Source of the DNA: Candidatus Saccharimonadales bacterium
Lineage (GTDB): Bacteria; Patescibacteriota; Saccharimonadia; Saccharimonadales; 2-12-FULL-41-12
Assembly: GCA_041906505.1 (NCBI GenBank)
Contig: JAYRJB010000014.1
Span: 1-43,250 of the forward strand
Direction: 5' to 3'
Length of the DNA stretch: 43,250 nucleotides
Shown: piece after piece, positions 26,375 through 35,891 of the stretch
How positions within the stretch are numbered: position 1 is the stretch's first letter
How the letters are laid out: the number at the start of each line of letters is the position of its first letter
Program-made: the position numbers and the translations under genes
Notes under the pieces: generated by a model
Databases searched by the model: none
The model's input: only the letters and a program-made list of their open reading frames with translations
What the model was told of the DNA's origin: nothing

Positions 26375-27055
26375 ATGATTCTGCTAGACAGGGTAACAAA
26401 AACATACACCAAAGAAGGAAACGCGCTCGAACGGATCAATCTTCATGTTGAGCCTCGAGAGTTTGTGATTGTCGTTGGCCCAAGCGGTGCCGGTAAGTCA
26501 ACTCTGTTAAAACTCCTCACCCGAGAAGAAAAACCCAGTAGCGGCAAAATAATTGTCGGCGGCATAGACTACGAGCAACTGAAAGACCGAAATATCCCAC
26601 AACTCAGAAGAAGAATAGGAGTCGTGTTCCAAGATTTTAAGCTGCTGCCTAACAAAACCGTTTTCGAAAACGTGGCCTTTGCGCTCGAGATTGTGGGAAT
26701 GAGCAACCGCGAAATTAAACACACCGTGCCAAAAGTGCTGCAAATTGTAGGCCTAAAAGACAAAGCCAAAAGTTATCCGCGGGAGCTTTCTGGTGGTGAG
26801 CGACAGCGGGTAGCAATTGCAAGGGCCATTGTCCGACAGCCAAAAATTTTGATCGCTGATGAGCCAACCGGCAATCTTGACCCAAAACACGCCTGGGACG
26901 TTATTCGTGTACTAGAAAAAATAAATCGATATGGTACCACCGTATTGTTGACGACACACAACCAAGAAATTGTAAATAAACTCAAGCGACGAGTGGTCAC
27001 CATCAAGGACGGCAAAATAATTAGTGACAAAGCCGGCGGGAGCTACGAGCTATAA
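26375..27055 (+). CDS. ftsE: Cell division ATP-binding protein FtsE
   Basis: GPSGAGKS, LRRRIGVVFQDFKLL, LSGGERQR, ADEPTGNLD. Precedes ftsX. Confidence 0.95.
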   Translation: MILLDRVTKTYTKEGNALERINLHVEPREFVIVVGPSGAGKSTLLKLLTREEKPSSGKIIVGGIDYEQLKDRNIPQLRRRIGVVFQDFKLLPNKTVFENVAFALEIVGMSNREIKHTVPKVLQIVGLKDKAKSYPRELSGGERQRVAIARAIVRQPKILIADEPTGNLDPKHAWDVIRVLEKINRYGTTVLLTTHNQEIVNKLKRRVVTIKDGKIISDKAGGSYEL

Positions 27056-27063
27056 GAGGGCCT

Positions 27064-28035
27064 ATGGACAAGAGACGATTTATAGCGTTTAGTCGAGTTG
27101 TACGAGCTGGGTTCGTAAACTTTGTTCGAAATGCGTCGCTCAGCATTGCCGCAACAGCAGTTATGACGGTCACCCTTACGATTGTCTTGTTCTCGGTCAT
27201 TGCCAACGCCACCCTTAATCACACAATTGATCAGATAAATGACAAAATAGATATCTCTGTGTACTTAAAAGATAGCGTGACTGAAGATCAGCGCGATAAT
27301 CTGATGGCCCAACTACGAAGTCTGGGAAACGTCAGAGACGTAAAGTATGTGTCGAAGGACGAAGCGCTGGCCCAATACCGAAAAGACAATCAAGATAACG
27401 TTGATTTATTGCTGGCAATTTCGCAAACTGACAATCCGCTGCCGGCGACAATTCAGATAAAACCAAATGATCCGGTCCAAATCGAGGAAATAAAAAAGGT
27501 GTTGGAGCGAAGCGACGTCAAAGCGCTTCAGTCGGATGAGACATCGTATTCTGGTGATCGAAAAGTCGCCATCGACAAGATCACGCGTGCCACCAAATTT
27601 TTTAGAGAAGCGGTGGGCGTGAGCATCATTGTGTTTGCCATAATTTCTATGCTAATTATCTTTAACACCATTCAGATGGCGATTTTCAACCGTCGAGACG
27701 AATTGACGATCATGCGACTTTTGGGGGCGGGGCCGTGGTATATCAAGGGGCCGTTTATCGTCGAAACCATGCTATACGGAGTGGTTGCAGCGGTAATTTC
27801 GCTCAGTCTATGTAATGCGATCTTCATTATTCAAGCGCAAGCTTTTGATGCGAGCAGCCTGGGGCTACTGGATCTTAAGTACGCCAACAACTATTTTGCG
27901 GATAACTTTTGGCTGATTATGTTTATGCAGCTGACAGCTGGGATGGCGATTGGCGCGATCTCTGCACTGATCGCGACGAAGCGTTATCTTCGGACAAAGC
28001 CATCTCGGCGAGCGCGACGTAATCTAAAAAAGTAG
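27064..28035 (+). CDS. ftsX: Cell division permease FtsX
   Basis: ISVYLK, YVSKDEA, NPLPA, IFNTI..AIFNRRDELTIMRLLGA, PFIVE. Confidence 0.95.
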   Translation: MDKRRFIAFSRVVRAGFVNFVRNASLSIAATAVMTVTLTIVLFSVIANATLNHTIDQINDKIDISVYLKDSVTEDQRDNLMAQLRSLGNVRDVKYVSKDEALAQYRKDNQDNVDLLLAISQTDNPLPATIQIKPNDPVQIEEIKKVLERSDVKALQSDETSYSGDRKVAIDKITRATKFFREAVGVSIIVFAIISMLIIFNTIQMAIFNRRDELTIMRLLGAGPWYIKGPFIVETMLYGVVAAVISLSLCNAIFIIQAQAFDASSLGLLDLKYANNYFADNFWLIMFMQLTAGMAIGAISALIATKRYLRTKPSRRARRNLKK

Positions 28036-28175
28036 AAGACGCTTATGCTACAATGTGGGTTCCGGGTGGAACCAAGACGCATTCTTAACAGGATTGGCAA
28101 CCACTCGACCATTAACAGATGAAGATGAGGTTGCATATTATGCGTATGTATGCTATTATAGATATACGAAATAAC

Positions 28176-29312
28176 ATGAAAAAACAAAAAATTTTATCGG
28201 TACTAAAGCGAATGCAGCCTACACACAAGGTATTGGTGGCAGGCATTGTTGGAGTTTTTGTGCTGGCTGGCGTCGTGGCACCGTTTGCGCGCGCCGATCA
28301 ATACGAAGCTCAAATTCAAGCGCTGAATGCCGAAAATGGCAATAAGCGGAATACCCAAAATCAGCTTGGCGCCGAAGCCGCTTCATTGAGCGATACGATT
28401 GCCAAGCTACAAGCCGAAATCAACGCCATTCAACAAAAGATCACCGACAATCAAAACCGAGTGAATGATCTTAATAAGCAAATTGCTGCTGCTGAGATTG
28501 AGCTGGAAAAGCAAAAGGACCTTTTGGGCGAAACCATCAAGGCAATGTACCTCGAGGGTGATATTTCAACAGTTGAGATGCTGGCTTCGAGCAAGAACCT
28601 CAGCGACTTTTTTGATAAACAGCAATACAGAGAAAGTGTACGCTCGAAGATAAAGACAACACTTGATAAGATTACACAATTAAAGCTTGATCTGAGTACC
28701 CAAAAAGATACGGTTGAGAAATTGATTGCTGAGCAGCAGACGTTGCAGGGCCAGGTGGTGGCCCAGCGTGCCGAAAACGATCGTTTGCTTGGGCTGAACC
28801 AAGAACAACGTAGCGAGCTTGATTCACAGATTAAAGCCAATAACTCCAAGATTTCACAACTCCGAGCCCAACAAGCAGCCGAAAATGCCAAGTTGTTCCG
28901 AGGCGTTCGTGTTATTGCCGGTTCTAACGGCAGAGACACCTATCCCGAGATTTGGCGCAATGCAGCCCAAGATAGTCTTATTGATAGCTGGGGTATGTAT
29001 AACCGAGAATGTGTGAGCTATACGGCCTGGAAAGTGCATGAAAGCGGCCGTTTTATGCCTTATTGGGGTGGTCGCGGTAATGCCAACCAGTGGGATGATA
29101 ACGCTCGGGCAGCAGGCATTCCCGTTGACGGCAGTCCTCGTCCGGGTGATGTAGCGGTAAGTAACTCGGGATATTATGGACATGTCATGTATGTTGAGTC
29201 AGTGAACCCAAATGGAACAATTAACATCAGTCAGTACAACTGGAGTCTCAACGGCACCTACTCTGAGGCCTACAACCTGCCAACTGCGGGCTTGGTGTTT
29301 ATTCACTTCTAA
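28176..29312 (+). CDS. Secreted coiled-coil + CHAP peptidoglycan hydrolase (PcsB/CwlO-like partner of FtsEX)
   Basis: Signal peptide ending ARA, long heptad coiled coil, CHAP catalytic ECVSY...GNANQW...GHVMYVE...SQYNW. Confidence 0.9.
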   Translation: MKKQKILSVLKRMQPTHKVLVAGIVGVFVLAGVVAPFARADQYEAQIQALNAENGNKRNTQNQLGAEAASLSDTIAKLQAEINAIQQKITDNQNRVNDLNKQIAAAEIELEKQKDLLGETIKAMYLEGDISTVEMLASSKNLSDFFDKQQYRESVRSKIKTTLDKITQLKLDLSTQKDTVEKLIAEQQTLQGQVVAQRAENDRLLGLNQEQRSELDSQIKANNSKISQLRAQQAAENAKLFRGVRVIAGSNGRDTYPEIWRNAAQDSLIDSWGMYNRECVSYTAWKVHESGRFMPYWGGRGNANQWDDNARAAGIPVDGSPRPGDVAVSNSGYYGHVMYVESVNPNGTINISQYNWSLNGTYSEAYNLPTAGLVFIHF

Positions 29313-29331
29313 AGAGTAAATCGTTAACAAA

Positions 29332-29388
29332 TCTCAGACATTTCTCAGAATATATGCGGTACCCTTAATAATAACCATAGGGTACAAT
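29332..29388 (+). promoter_or_regulatory. S41 protease upstream region: TCTCAG-N5-TCTCAG repeat, inverted repeat and -10 box
   Basis: TCTCAG at 29332-29337 and 29343-29348. GTACCCT 29359-29365 / AGGGTAC 29379-29385. TACAAT 29383-29388. Confidence 0.5.
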
Positions 29389-29408
29389 AAGGGTAATCAC
29401 GATTAATT

Positions 29409-30662
29409 TTGGAGGGGTCCTTGGAAGGGCAATCAACACAGTCTGTGTCTGAAAAAACAAAAAAAGGCTGGAAACCAACTTGGAAATGGGTCGGGAAGAC
29501 TGCGCTTAACGTCGCGATTTTACTTGCCGTTTTTGGGGTTGGCGTTGGCTACGGTAGCGGCAGAATTACCTGGGGACCCGATTCCGTATATCGTAAAACC
29601 GTACAAACTCAAAATAACAGCCTCAGCTTTGACGGGATTGAGCAGCTTTATCAACTGCTTCGCCAAAGTTTTGACGGACAGCTAGATAATGCAAAGCTAG
29701 AAGATGGTATGAAGGCGGGGCTAGTGAGAGCCGCTGGTGATCCGTATACCGAATATCTTAACGCTGAGGAAAACAAGGAATTCAATGAACAGCTCAGCGG
29801 CTCCTTTGAGGGAATCGGCGCCGAGCTTACCAAAGACAACGATGCAATCGTGGTTGTTTCTCCAATAGCAGGTTATCCAGCCGAAAAAGCTGGCATGAAG
29901 CCGAAAGACATCATAAGCAAAATTAATGGTGAGTCTGCATTGGACATCACCACTTCTGAAGCAGTTAAACGTATACGGGGGCCAAAAGGAACGACTGTAA
30001 AATTGGAGGTCGTGAGGGATGGTAAGGTGTTGAACTTTGAAGTACAACGAACGCAGATAAGTATCCCCAGCGTGAAGTACGAGATTACTCCTGCCAATAT
30101 TGGTGTTATCACCGTATCGCGGTTTGGAGAAGACACAAATCAACTTATGGTTAAGGCTGCGAATGATCTCAAATCAAAGAATGTGAGAGGGGTGGTGCTT
30201 GATCTTAGAGGTAACCCAGGCGGTCTGCTTGACTCAGCGGTTGCGATGTCGAGCCTTTGGCTACCCCGTGAGCAGACGATTCTTGAAGAAAAGAGAAATG
30301 ATCAACTTATTCGAACGTTTCGTGCAAACGGTAATAGCATTTTACTTGGAGTTCCAACTGTAGTACTGATTAACGAAGGTAGCGCCAGCGCCAGCGAAAT
30401 AACTGCGGGAGCACTTCGTGATAACGGTGTTGCGACGGTTATTGGGCAAAAAAGTTACGGTAAGGGCAGTGTGCAGGAGCTGAGAAGTTTAAGCAATGGC
30501 GGCGTTCTCAAAGTTACCATTGCCCGTTGGTTTACTCCAAAAGGGGTTAATATCGACAAAGAGGGTATCAAGCCCGATCAAGTGGTGGAGCTGAAAGAAG
30601 CGGATCTGCAAGCAAAAAATGACACTCAAAAGAATGCCGCATTCCAAAAACTAAAACAATAG
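29409..30662 (+). CDS. S41 family carboxyl-terminal protease (CtpA/CtpB-like) with PDZ domain
   Basis: N-terminal TM, DPYT, FEGIG, DLRGNPGGLL, SASASE (catalytic Ser), GKGSVQ (Lys). Exact start uncertain. Confidence 0.93.
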   Translation: MEGSLEGQSTQSVSEKTKKGWKPTWKWVGKTALNVAILLAVFGVGVGYGSGRITWGPDSVYRKTVQTQNNSLSFDGIEQLYQLLRQSFDGQLDNAKLEDGMKAGLVRAAGDPYTEYLNAEENKEFNEQLSGSFEGIGAELTKDNDAIVVVSPIAGYPAEKAGMKPKDIISKINGESALDITTSEAVKRIRGPKGTTVKLEVVRDGKVLNFEVQRTQISIPSVKYEITPANIGVITVSRFGEDTNQLMVKAANDLKSKNVRGVVLDLRGNPGGLLDSAVAMSSLWLPREQTILEEKRNDQLIRTFRANGNSILLGVPTVVLINEGSASASEITAGALRDNGVATVIGQKSYGKGSVQELRSLSNGGVLKVTIARWFTPKGVNIDKEGIKPDQVVELKEADLQAKNDTQKNAAFQKLKQ

Positions 30663-30728
30663 CAAAAAACTAAACCGCCTTACCATTTCGATAAACAGGG
30701 TAGTATCTAGCCTGTTAGCTGTTAAAAT

Positions 30729-31133
30729 ATGGGAAAGGAGATTGTTATGATCGATGTGTTTGCAAAAACGTACGAATACATTGACGGTAGGTGTTACGTG
30801 GACGGTATTCTGCAGTCATCAACCGATTCATGTGATGGACCAATTCGCGTTATTTTAGCGATTTTGGCAGTTATCTTTATTCCGCTAATTGTTTTCGGAA
30901 TTCTGTCGTTTGTGTTCTGGGTGTGGATGTTGGTCCACGCTATTAGGCATGATGACGTCAAGGATCGTACGCTCTGGTTAATAACGCTGATCATTAGCTT
31001 TCCGCTAGGACTTCACTGGTTAAGTGCGCCGATTTACTACTTTGCGGTCAAACGACCACATGATGCCGCAAAAAAATCACAGGTGCCGCCGGTCAATACA
31101 GTTACGCCAACCAAAACAACTTCTAAAAGATAA
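30729..31133 (+). CDS. Small membrane protein, PLDc_N-like hairpin
   Basis: TM segments, FWVWMLVHA...LW...IYYF pattern, basic tail. Confidence 0.6.
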   Translation: MGKEIVMIDVFAKTYEYIDGRCYVDGILQSSTDSCDGPIRVILAILAVIFIPLIVFGILSFVFWVWMLVHAIRHDDVKDRTLWLITLIISFPLGLHWLSAPIYYFAVKRPHDAAKKSQVPPVNTVTPTKTTSKR

Positions 31134-31258
31134 ATAAAATCGCAAAAAAAATTATTAATGCGTCGGTTGGTGCCAGCACCGTGCAATGTATTGCCGTTTG
31201 CTGATCAGCGCTAACTGAGGTACTATAAGTGCAACAAATTAGGGTTATCTCGAGAGTT

Positions 31259-32848
31259 GTGGCTAAGAAGCAAACGAAATACATCTTTGTGGTGGGTGGG
31301 GTCTTGTCGGGAGTTGGCAAGGGAATCACTGCCGCGTCAATCGGCAATATCTTGGAGGCCCGCGGACTCTCGGTAAATATTCAGAAACTCGACCCTTATC
31401 TGAATGTAGATGCGGGAACTTTAAATCCTGCCGAACACGGCGAATGTTTTGTGACTGCCGATGGTGCCGAAACGGATCTCGACCTCGGTCACTACGAGCG
31501 ATTTTTGGATATCGAGCTTACAAAAAAGAGTAGTGTCATGAGCGGGCGTTTGCTGCTAGAACTTATCCAAAATGAAAGAAAAGGCAAATACCTGGGCAAA
31601 ACTGTCCAAGTAATTCCTCATTTTACCAACAGTATTAAAGAGCAAATTCTCTCTGCGGGCGAAGGTCACGATGTTCACATTGTGGAAATTGGTGGGACGG
31701 TTGGTGATTACGAAAGCCCCGCGTTTATTGAGGCGATTCGCGAACTTGGTTTGCAGCTGGGGCGCGAAAATCGAATTTTTGTACATGTTGTCTACTTGCC
31801 GTACCTCGGAACGAGCAAAGAAATAAAGACCAAGCCGGCACAAAATGCGGTTCGTGACCTGCGCTCGGTCGGTATTGTTCCTGACATTCTAGCGGCCAGG
31901 AGCGAGGAAGTTCCCCCCGAAGAAGTAATTGATAAGTTGAGTTTGTATGGGGGTGTCGAGAAAAAAGCAATTGTTTTGTTGCCAAACGCACACACCATCT
32001 ATCAAGTGCCACTAACTCTCGAAGAAAATGGAATTGGCAACGTGATAACAAAACGGCTTGGATTGAAGACCAAATCAGCTAATCTCAAAGACTGGAAGAA
32101 AATGGTTGCCCATGCATCAGCAACGCCGAAAAAGACATATAGGGTTGCGGTCGTTGCCAAATACTTAAACAACCAAGACACCTATATGTCGGTATTCGAG
32201 GCGCTCAGAGCAGCCGCGTGGGCAGAAGGAGTGGGTCTGGTGCTTGAATGGGTAAATGCCGAGCAACTTGCAATACCAAAGGAGCTAGAAGGCTATGATG
32301 GTATCGTGGTGCCTGGTGGGTTTGGTCATCGTGGGGTCGAAGGCAAGATTGTTGCTGCGCGGTATGCGCTTGACAAAAAAATTCCTTATCTTGGGCTTTG
32401 TCTTGGCATGCAAGTTGCCGTTATCGCTGCTGCACGCAGAGCCGGTCTTGAGGACGCGAATTCGACGGAGTTTGATCAGAACTCAGCGGACCCGGTTATC
32501 AGCACCATGAGCGACCAGAAAGGCAAAGAAGGTACGGGTGGAACCATGCGACTTGGTAATTATCCCTGCAAGTTTGTGCGCGGTAGTTTGGCGGCAAAAA
32601 CCTATAAACAAAAAGAAGTTGTCGAGCGTCATCGTCATCGCTATGAGGCAAACAATGGCTACGTTGATCGATACGAGTCATGGGGTATACTCCCAACGGG
32701 GATGAGTCCAGACGAGAAACTCGTGGAAGTTATTGAGGCGGTAAACCATCCATTTTTCCTGGCCAGTCAGTATCATCCAGAATTTAAATCTCGGCCAAAT
32801 CGCCCCCACCCAATGTTTCACGGATTTATCAAATCCCTAAGCGGATAG
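31259..32848 (+). CDS. pyrG: CTP synthase
   Basis: KYIFVVGGVLSGVGKG, KLDPYLNVDAGT, GLCLG (catalytic Cys), ERHRHRYE, QYHPE. GTG 31259 preferred over 31229. Confidence 0.98.
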   Translation: MAKKQTKYIFVVGGVLSGVGKGITAASIGNILEARGLSVNIQKLDPYLNVDAGTLNPAEHGECFVTADGAETDLDLGHYERFLDIELTKKSSVMSGRLLLELIQNERKGKYLGKTVQVIPHFTNSIKEQILSAGEGHDVHIVEIGGTVGDYESPAFIEAIRELGLQLGRENRIFVHVVYLPYLGTSKEIKTKPAQNAVRDLRSVGIVPDILAARSEEVPPEEVIDKLSLYGGVEKKAIVLLPNAHTIYQVPLTLEENGIGNVITKRLGLKTKSANLKDWKKMVAHASATPKKTYRVAVVAKYLNNQDTYMSVFEALRAAAWAEGVGLVLEWVNAEQLAIPKELEGYDGIVVPGGFGHRGVEGKIVAARYALDKKIPYLGLCLGMQVAVIAAARRAGLEDANSTEFDQNSADPVISTMSDQKGKEGTGGTMRLGNYPCKFVRGSLAAKTYKQKEVVERHRHRYEANNGYVDRYESWGILPTGMSPDEKLVEVIEAVNHPFFLASQYHPEFKSRPNRPHPMFHGFIKSLSG

Positions 32849-32860
32849 GGCGCACTATTC

Positions 32861-32889
32861 TTGACTCATGAGTAGTTTCGTGGTAGCAT
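32861..32889 (+). promoter_or_regulatory. Leaderless sigma70 promoter of the response regulator
   Basis: TTGACT 32861-32866, 17 nt, TAGCAT 32884-32889, 7 nt, ATG 32897. Confidence 0.7.
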
Positions 32890-32896
32890 AAGCTTT

Positions 32897-33277
32897 ATGA
32901 ATGGAACACAAAAAACAATACTGTTAGTTGAGGACGATGATAATCTAGCAAGTGTTTATGAGACTCGTCTTCAAGCGGAAGGGTTTAATACAAAACGAGT
33001 TGCAAACGGTGAGGATGCTCTCGCAGCCGCAATGCAAGCGAAGCCAGATTTAGTGCTACTTGATGTGATGATGCCGAAGGTGAGTGGGTTTGATGTGCTC
33101 GATATTCTTCGGAACGCTCCAGAAACAGCTGATGTGAAGGTGATAATGCTCACTGCGCTGGGGCAGGATGCCGACAAGCAGCGGGCAGAGTCATTGGGTG
33201 TTGATGACTATTTGGTAAAATCACAAGTTGTGATTGCTGATGTGGTCGAACGGGTGAAGCAACACCTCGGCGTGTAG
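32897..33277 (+). CDS. Single-domain (CheY-like) response regulator
   Basis: LLVEDD, DLVLLDVMMP (phospho-Asp intact), MLTA, YLVK. Confidence 0.93.
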   Translation: MNGTQKTILLVEDDDNLASVYETRLQAEGFNTKRVANGEDALAAAMQAKPDLVLLDVMMPKVSGFDVLDILRNAPETADVKVIMLTALGQDADKQRAESLGVDDYLVKSQVVIADVVERVKQHLGV

Positions 33278-33327
33278 CTACGCTGCAAGTCGCACCGCAC
33301 GATACTCTACGATGAAAATGACTGTGT

Positions 33328-33600
33328 TTAAGAGACCGATACTTCGGTTCGTGACACAGAGCGACCAGAGAAAGTTTTAAATCTTCGAGGGGTAAACTGA
33401 ACGACCCCATCTTTTGTGGCGTGGATTGTAAAATTTCGACTCATCTTGGTGCCTGGACCAGATCGTTTAGTCATACCGATCTGACGAACAATCACTTGTC
33501 CGTTTTTTACTTTTTGTCCACCAAATAGCTTTACGCCAAGCCGTTGGCCCGGACTATCATGGACATTTTTGCTGGAGCCACCTGCTTTGACTTTCGACAT
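33328..33600 (-). CDS. rpmA: 50S ribosomal protein L27
   Basis: KAGGSSKNVHDSPGQRLGVKLFGGQ, GTKMSRNFTIHA. Confidence 0.96.
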   Translation of the reverse strand: MSKVKAGGSSKNVHDSPGQRLGVKLFGGQKVKNGQVIVRQIGMTKRSGPGTKMSRNFTIHATKDGVVQFTPRRFKTFSGRSVSRTEVSVS

Positions 33601-33614
33601 AGAATTTAAGTTCC

Positions 33615-34805
33615 TTATTTTCTTTCTAAAATCACGAGCTCGCGAGCAACGATTTGATTTGGTCTTCTGTAGATCAAATCCAGGTTCTGCGAGTGCTCAA
33701 ACTTGATACGATTATAGCCTAAATCTTCTAGTGAGGCAAGTATTTTAAGGTGTTGATAGCCATTATCCGTGTGCCACGTCGGGACAGCAATACACATTCG
33801 AAACCCAGCTTTTGTTTGCCGCGCTACATTTTCGAGAAACTTTCGGTGGATCGTGTTGCAATCAGACATTATTTTTTGTAATTCACCAGATGAGGGGGTG
33901 CTTGAAAGTGGTCGCCCCAGATAGGTCTCGGCAGCAATTGTAGAAGGGTCATCCCAGTGCGCCGAGGTTGCATCAGCCACTTTGAGCCTAAAATGTGCTT
34001 CTTCTGATTCGCTAACGTCAGCCTTTTCTTGCATCAGCCAAGAGAGGTTTTTGTGACTGTACTCGACCATGCGTTGGTCAATATCACTGCCAAGTGCGCC
34101 AAACCCCATCAATAGTGCTTCTTGCAGGATAACGCCAGTTCCACAAAACGGATCAAGAATTTTATGATGAGGCTCGGGCTTAGTATCTCCCACCGCTAGA
34201 TTGATAATTGTTTGGGCAAGTTTTGGAGGTAGCATGCCCACTCGAGCATCGCGCATTGGTCGTTCATGGTCTCGTTTTCGATATGCATCAATGTCTTGTA
34301 CCCAGTGGGTCTGAGCGAGTATTGTTTGTGTGCCGTCGGCAACAAAAAGCAACTCAAGGCCAGTCGCCGAAAGTAGCCCGCCATGCAATACCTGTGCGGT
34401 GTTAAGCGCTGGTTGCTTGTTGGCAATAACTCGCGCCGACCTCGCATGTTTGGAGATAATTTTTTTTACGCTCAACACGCCAGCGTTAAGTGCGGGCATG
34501 GAAACATCAATTCCATACGTACTCACACCAAGTTTAATTTTCCCCTCGGGAATATACCTAAGGTGCTCTGGAAGGGTTTGCTCAAGGTAGGTTTGTAGCT
34601 GTTTCCAGTCCGTGGTTTCTAGTACCGTAAGAAGTTTCGCGGTTTTTATAGCTCCACCTAATCGATTCGGCTGAATTTGCGATTGTGCTACCTCGACCCT
34701 GGCTGCGTGTGTGCCGACTGGCAGCACAGAGGCGGATCCGTAGAGACTTTCGAGTTCTGCCAACCCGATGGCAGGTTGGCGACCGAGGATGATAACTTGA
34801 GACAT
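33615..34805 (-). CDS. Trm11/TrmG10-like class I SAM-dependent RNA methyltransferase
   Basis: GMLPPKLAQTIINLA, ILDPFCGTG, GSDID, DAT, ETYLG. Confidence 0.8.
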   Translation of the reverse strand: MSQVIILGRQPAIGLAELESLYGSASVLPVGTHAARVEVAQSQIQPNRLGGAIKTAKLLTVLETTDWKQLQTYLEQTLPEHLRYIPEGKIKLGVSTYGIDVSMPALNAGVLSVKKIISKHARSARVIANKQPALNTAQVLHGGLLSATGLELLFVADGTQTILAQTHWVQDIDAYRKRDHERPMRDARVGMLPPKLAQTIINLAVGDTKPEPHHKILDPFCGTGVILQEALLMGFGALGSDIDQRMVEYSHKNLSWLMQEKADVSESEEAHFRLKVADATSAHWDDPSTIAAETYLGRPLSSTPSSGELQKIMSDCNTIHRKFLENVARQTKAGFRMCIAVPTWHTDNGYQHLKILASLEDLGYNRIKFEHSQNLDLIYRRPNQIVARELVILERK

Positions 34806-34853
34806 GCTAGATAGTATAAAGCACCTCTGAAAATAGCGTATAATAAACCAACA

Positions 34854-35891
34854 ATGGCCGAGGAAAAGCAGAGAAGGTGGAAAAAGATACTCACCCTCGT
34901 CACATTAGTGGCGCTGGGGCTTCTAGTGTATTTTCTTAGAGATCAGATTTCGGAGACGATATCTAATTTGGGCAGGGTGAACACGTGGGTGTTGCTTTTG
35001 ATTATTCCTTGGCAAGCACTAAACCACCATGGCTATGCTATGGTCTATAAATCAAGCCTGGCCATTCTAAAGAGTAAAATTTCGTATTGGTCTATTTATC
35101 GTGTGTCGCTTGAACTAAACTTTGTAAACAATGTATTTCCGTCCGCCGGTGTCTCCGGGTTTTCCTACTTTAGCTTTCGGATGAAGCACTATGGGGTATC
35201 CACTGGGAGGTCAACCCTGGTGCAGATGCTCAGATTTATCTCAGTATTTATGTCGTTTCAAGTGTTGTTGCTATTTGGGCTTTTCGCTTTGGCAATCGAG
35301 GGCAGGGCGAGCAATCTAGTGATTTTGGTTGCAAGCTCATTGGTGACACTTATTTTTGTTGGTACAGCACTTCTTGTTTACGTAGTCGGTAGTCGACAGA
35401 GGATTGATGGGTTTTTAACCGGTGCGACAAAATTTATTAATCGTGTAATTCAAGTGGTTCGGCCCAAGCACCCAGAAACGATCAATATTATGAGTGCGCG
35501 CACCGTCTTTTTAGAGCTACACGAAAATTATCTACTTATCCAAAAGGAGTATGCCCGTCTAAAGCGACCCTTCTTCTATGCGCTACTCGCAAATGTAACC
35601 GAAATCGCAACGATATATACGGTGTACGTTGCGTTTGGGGAGTATGTTAACATCGGCGCCGTTATTATTGCATATGTGGTCGCAAACTTTGCGGGATTAA
35701 TTTCGGCGCTCCCAGGTGGCGTCGGGGTATACGAAGCGCTCATGACGGCCGTGCTTGCGAGTGCGGGGATCTCACCCGCAGTAAGTATACCCGTTACCAT
35801 CATGTATCGAGTGCTCAGCAGCATGATCCAACTTGTGCCGGGATATATCTTTTATCACCAGGCGCTGAATAGTACAAAGAAAGCGACTTGA
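34854..35891 (+). CDS. Lysylphosphatidylglycerol synthase-like TM protein / putative flippase (UPF0104 type)
   Basis: Many TM helices, NNVFPSAG, LPGGVGVYEA, MYRV. Confidence 0.82.
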   Translation: MAEEKQRRWKKILTLVTLVALGLLVYFLRDQISETISNLGRVNTWVLLLIIPWQALNHHGYAMVYKSSLAILKSKISYWSIYRVSLELNFVNNVFPSAGVSGFSYFSFRMKHYGVSTGRSTLVQMLRFISVFMSFQVLLLFGLFALAIEGRASNLVILVASSLVTLIFVGTALLVYVVGSRQRIDGFLTGATKFINRVIQVVRPKHPETINIMSARTVFLELHENYLLIQKEYARLKRPFFYALLANVTEIATIYTVYVAFGEYVNIGAVIIAYVVANFAGLISALPGGVGVYEALMTAVLASAGISPAVSIPVTIMYRVLSSMIQLVPGYIFYHQALNSTKKAT

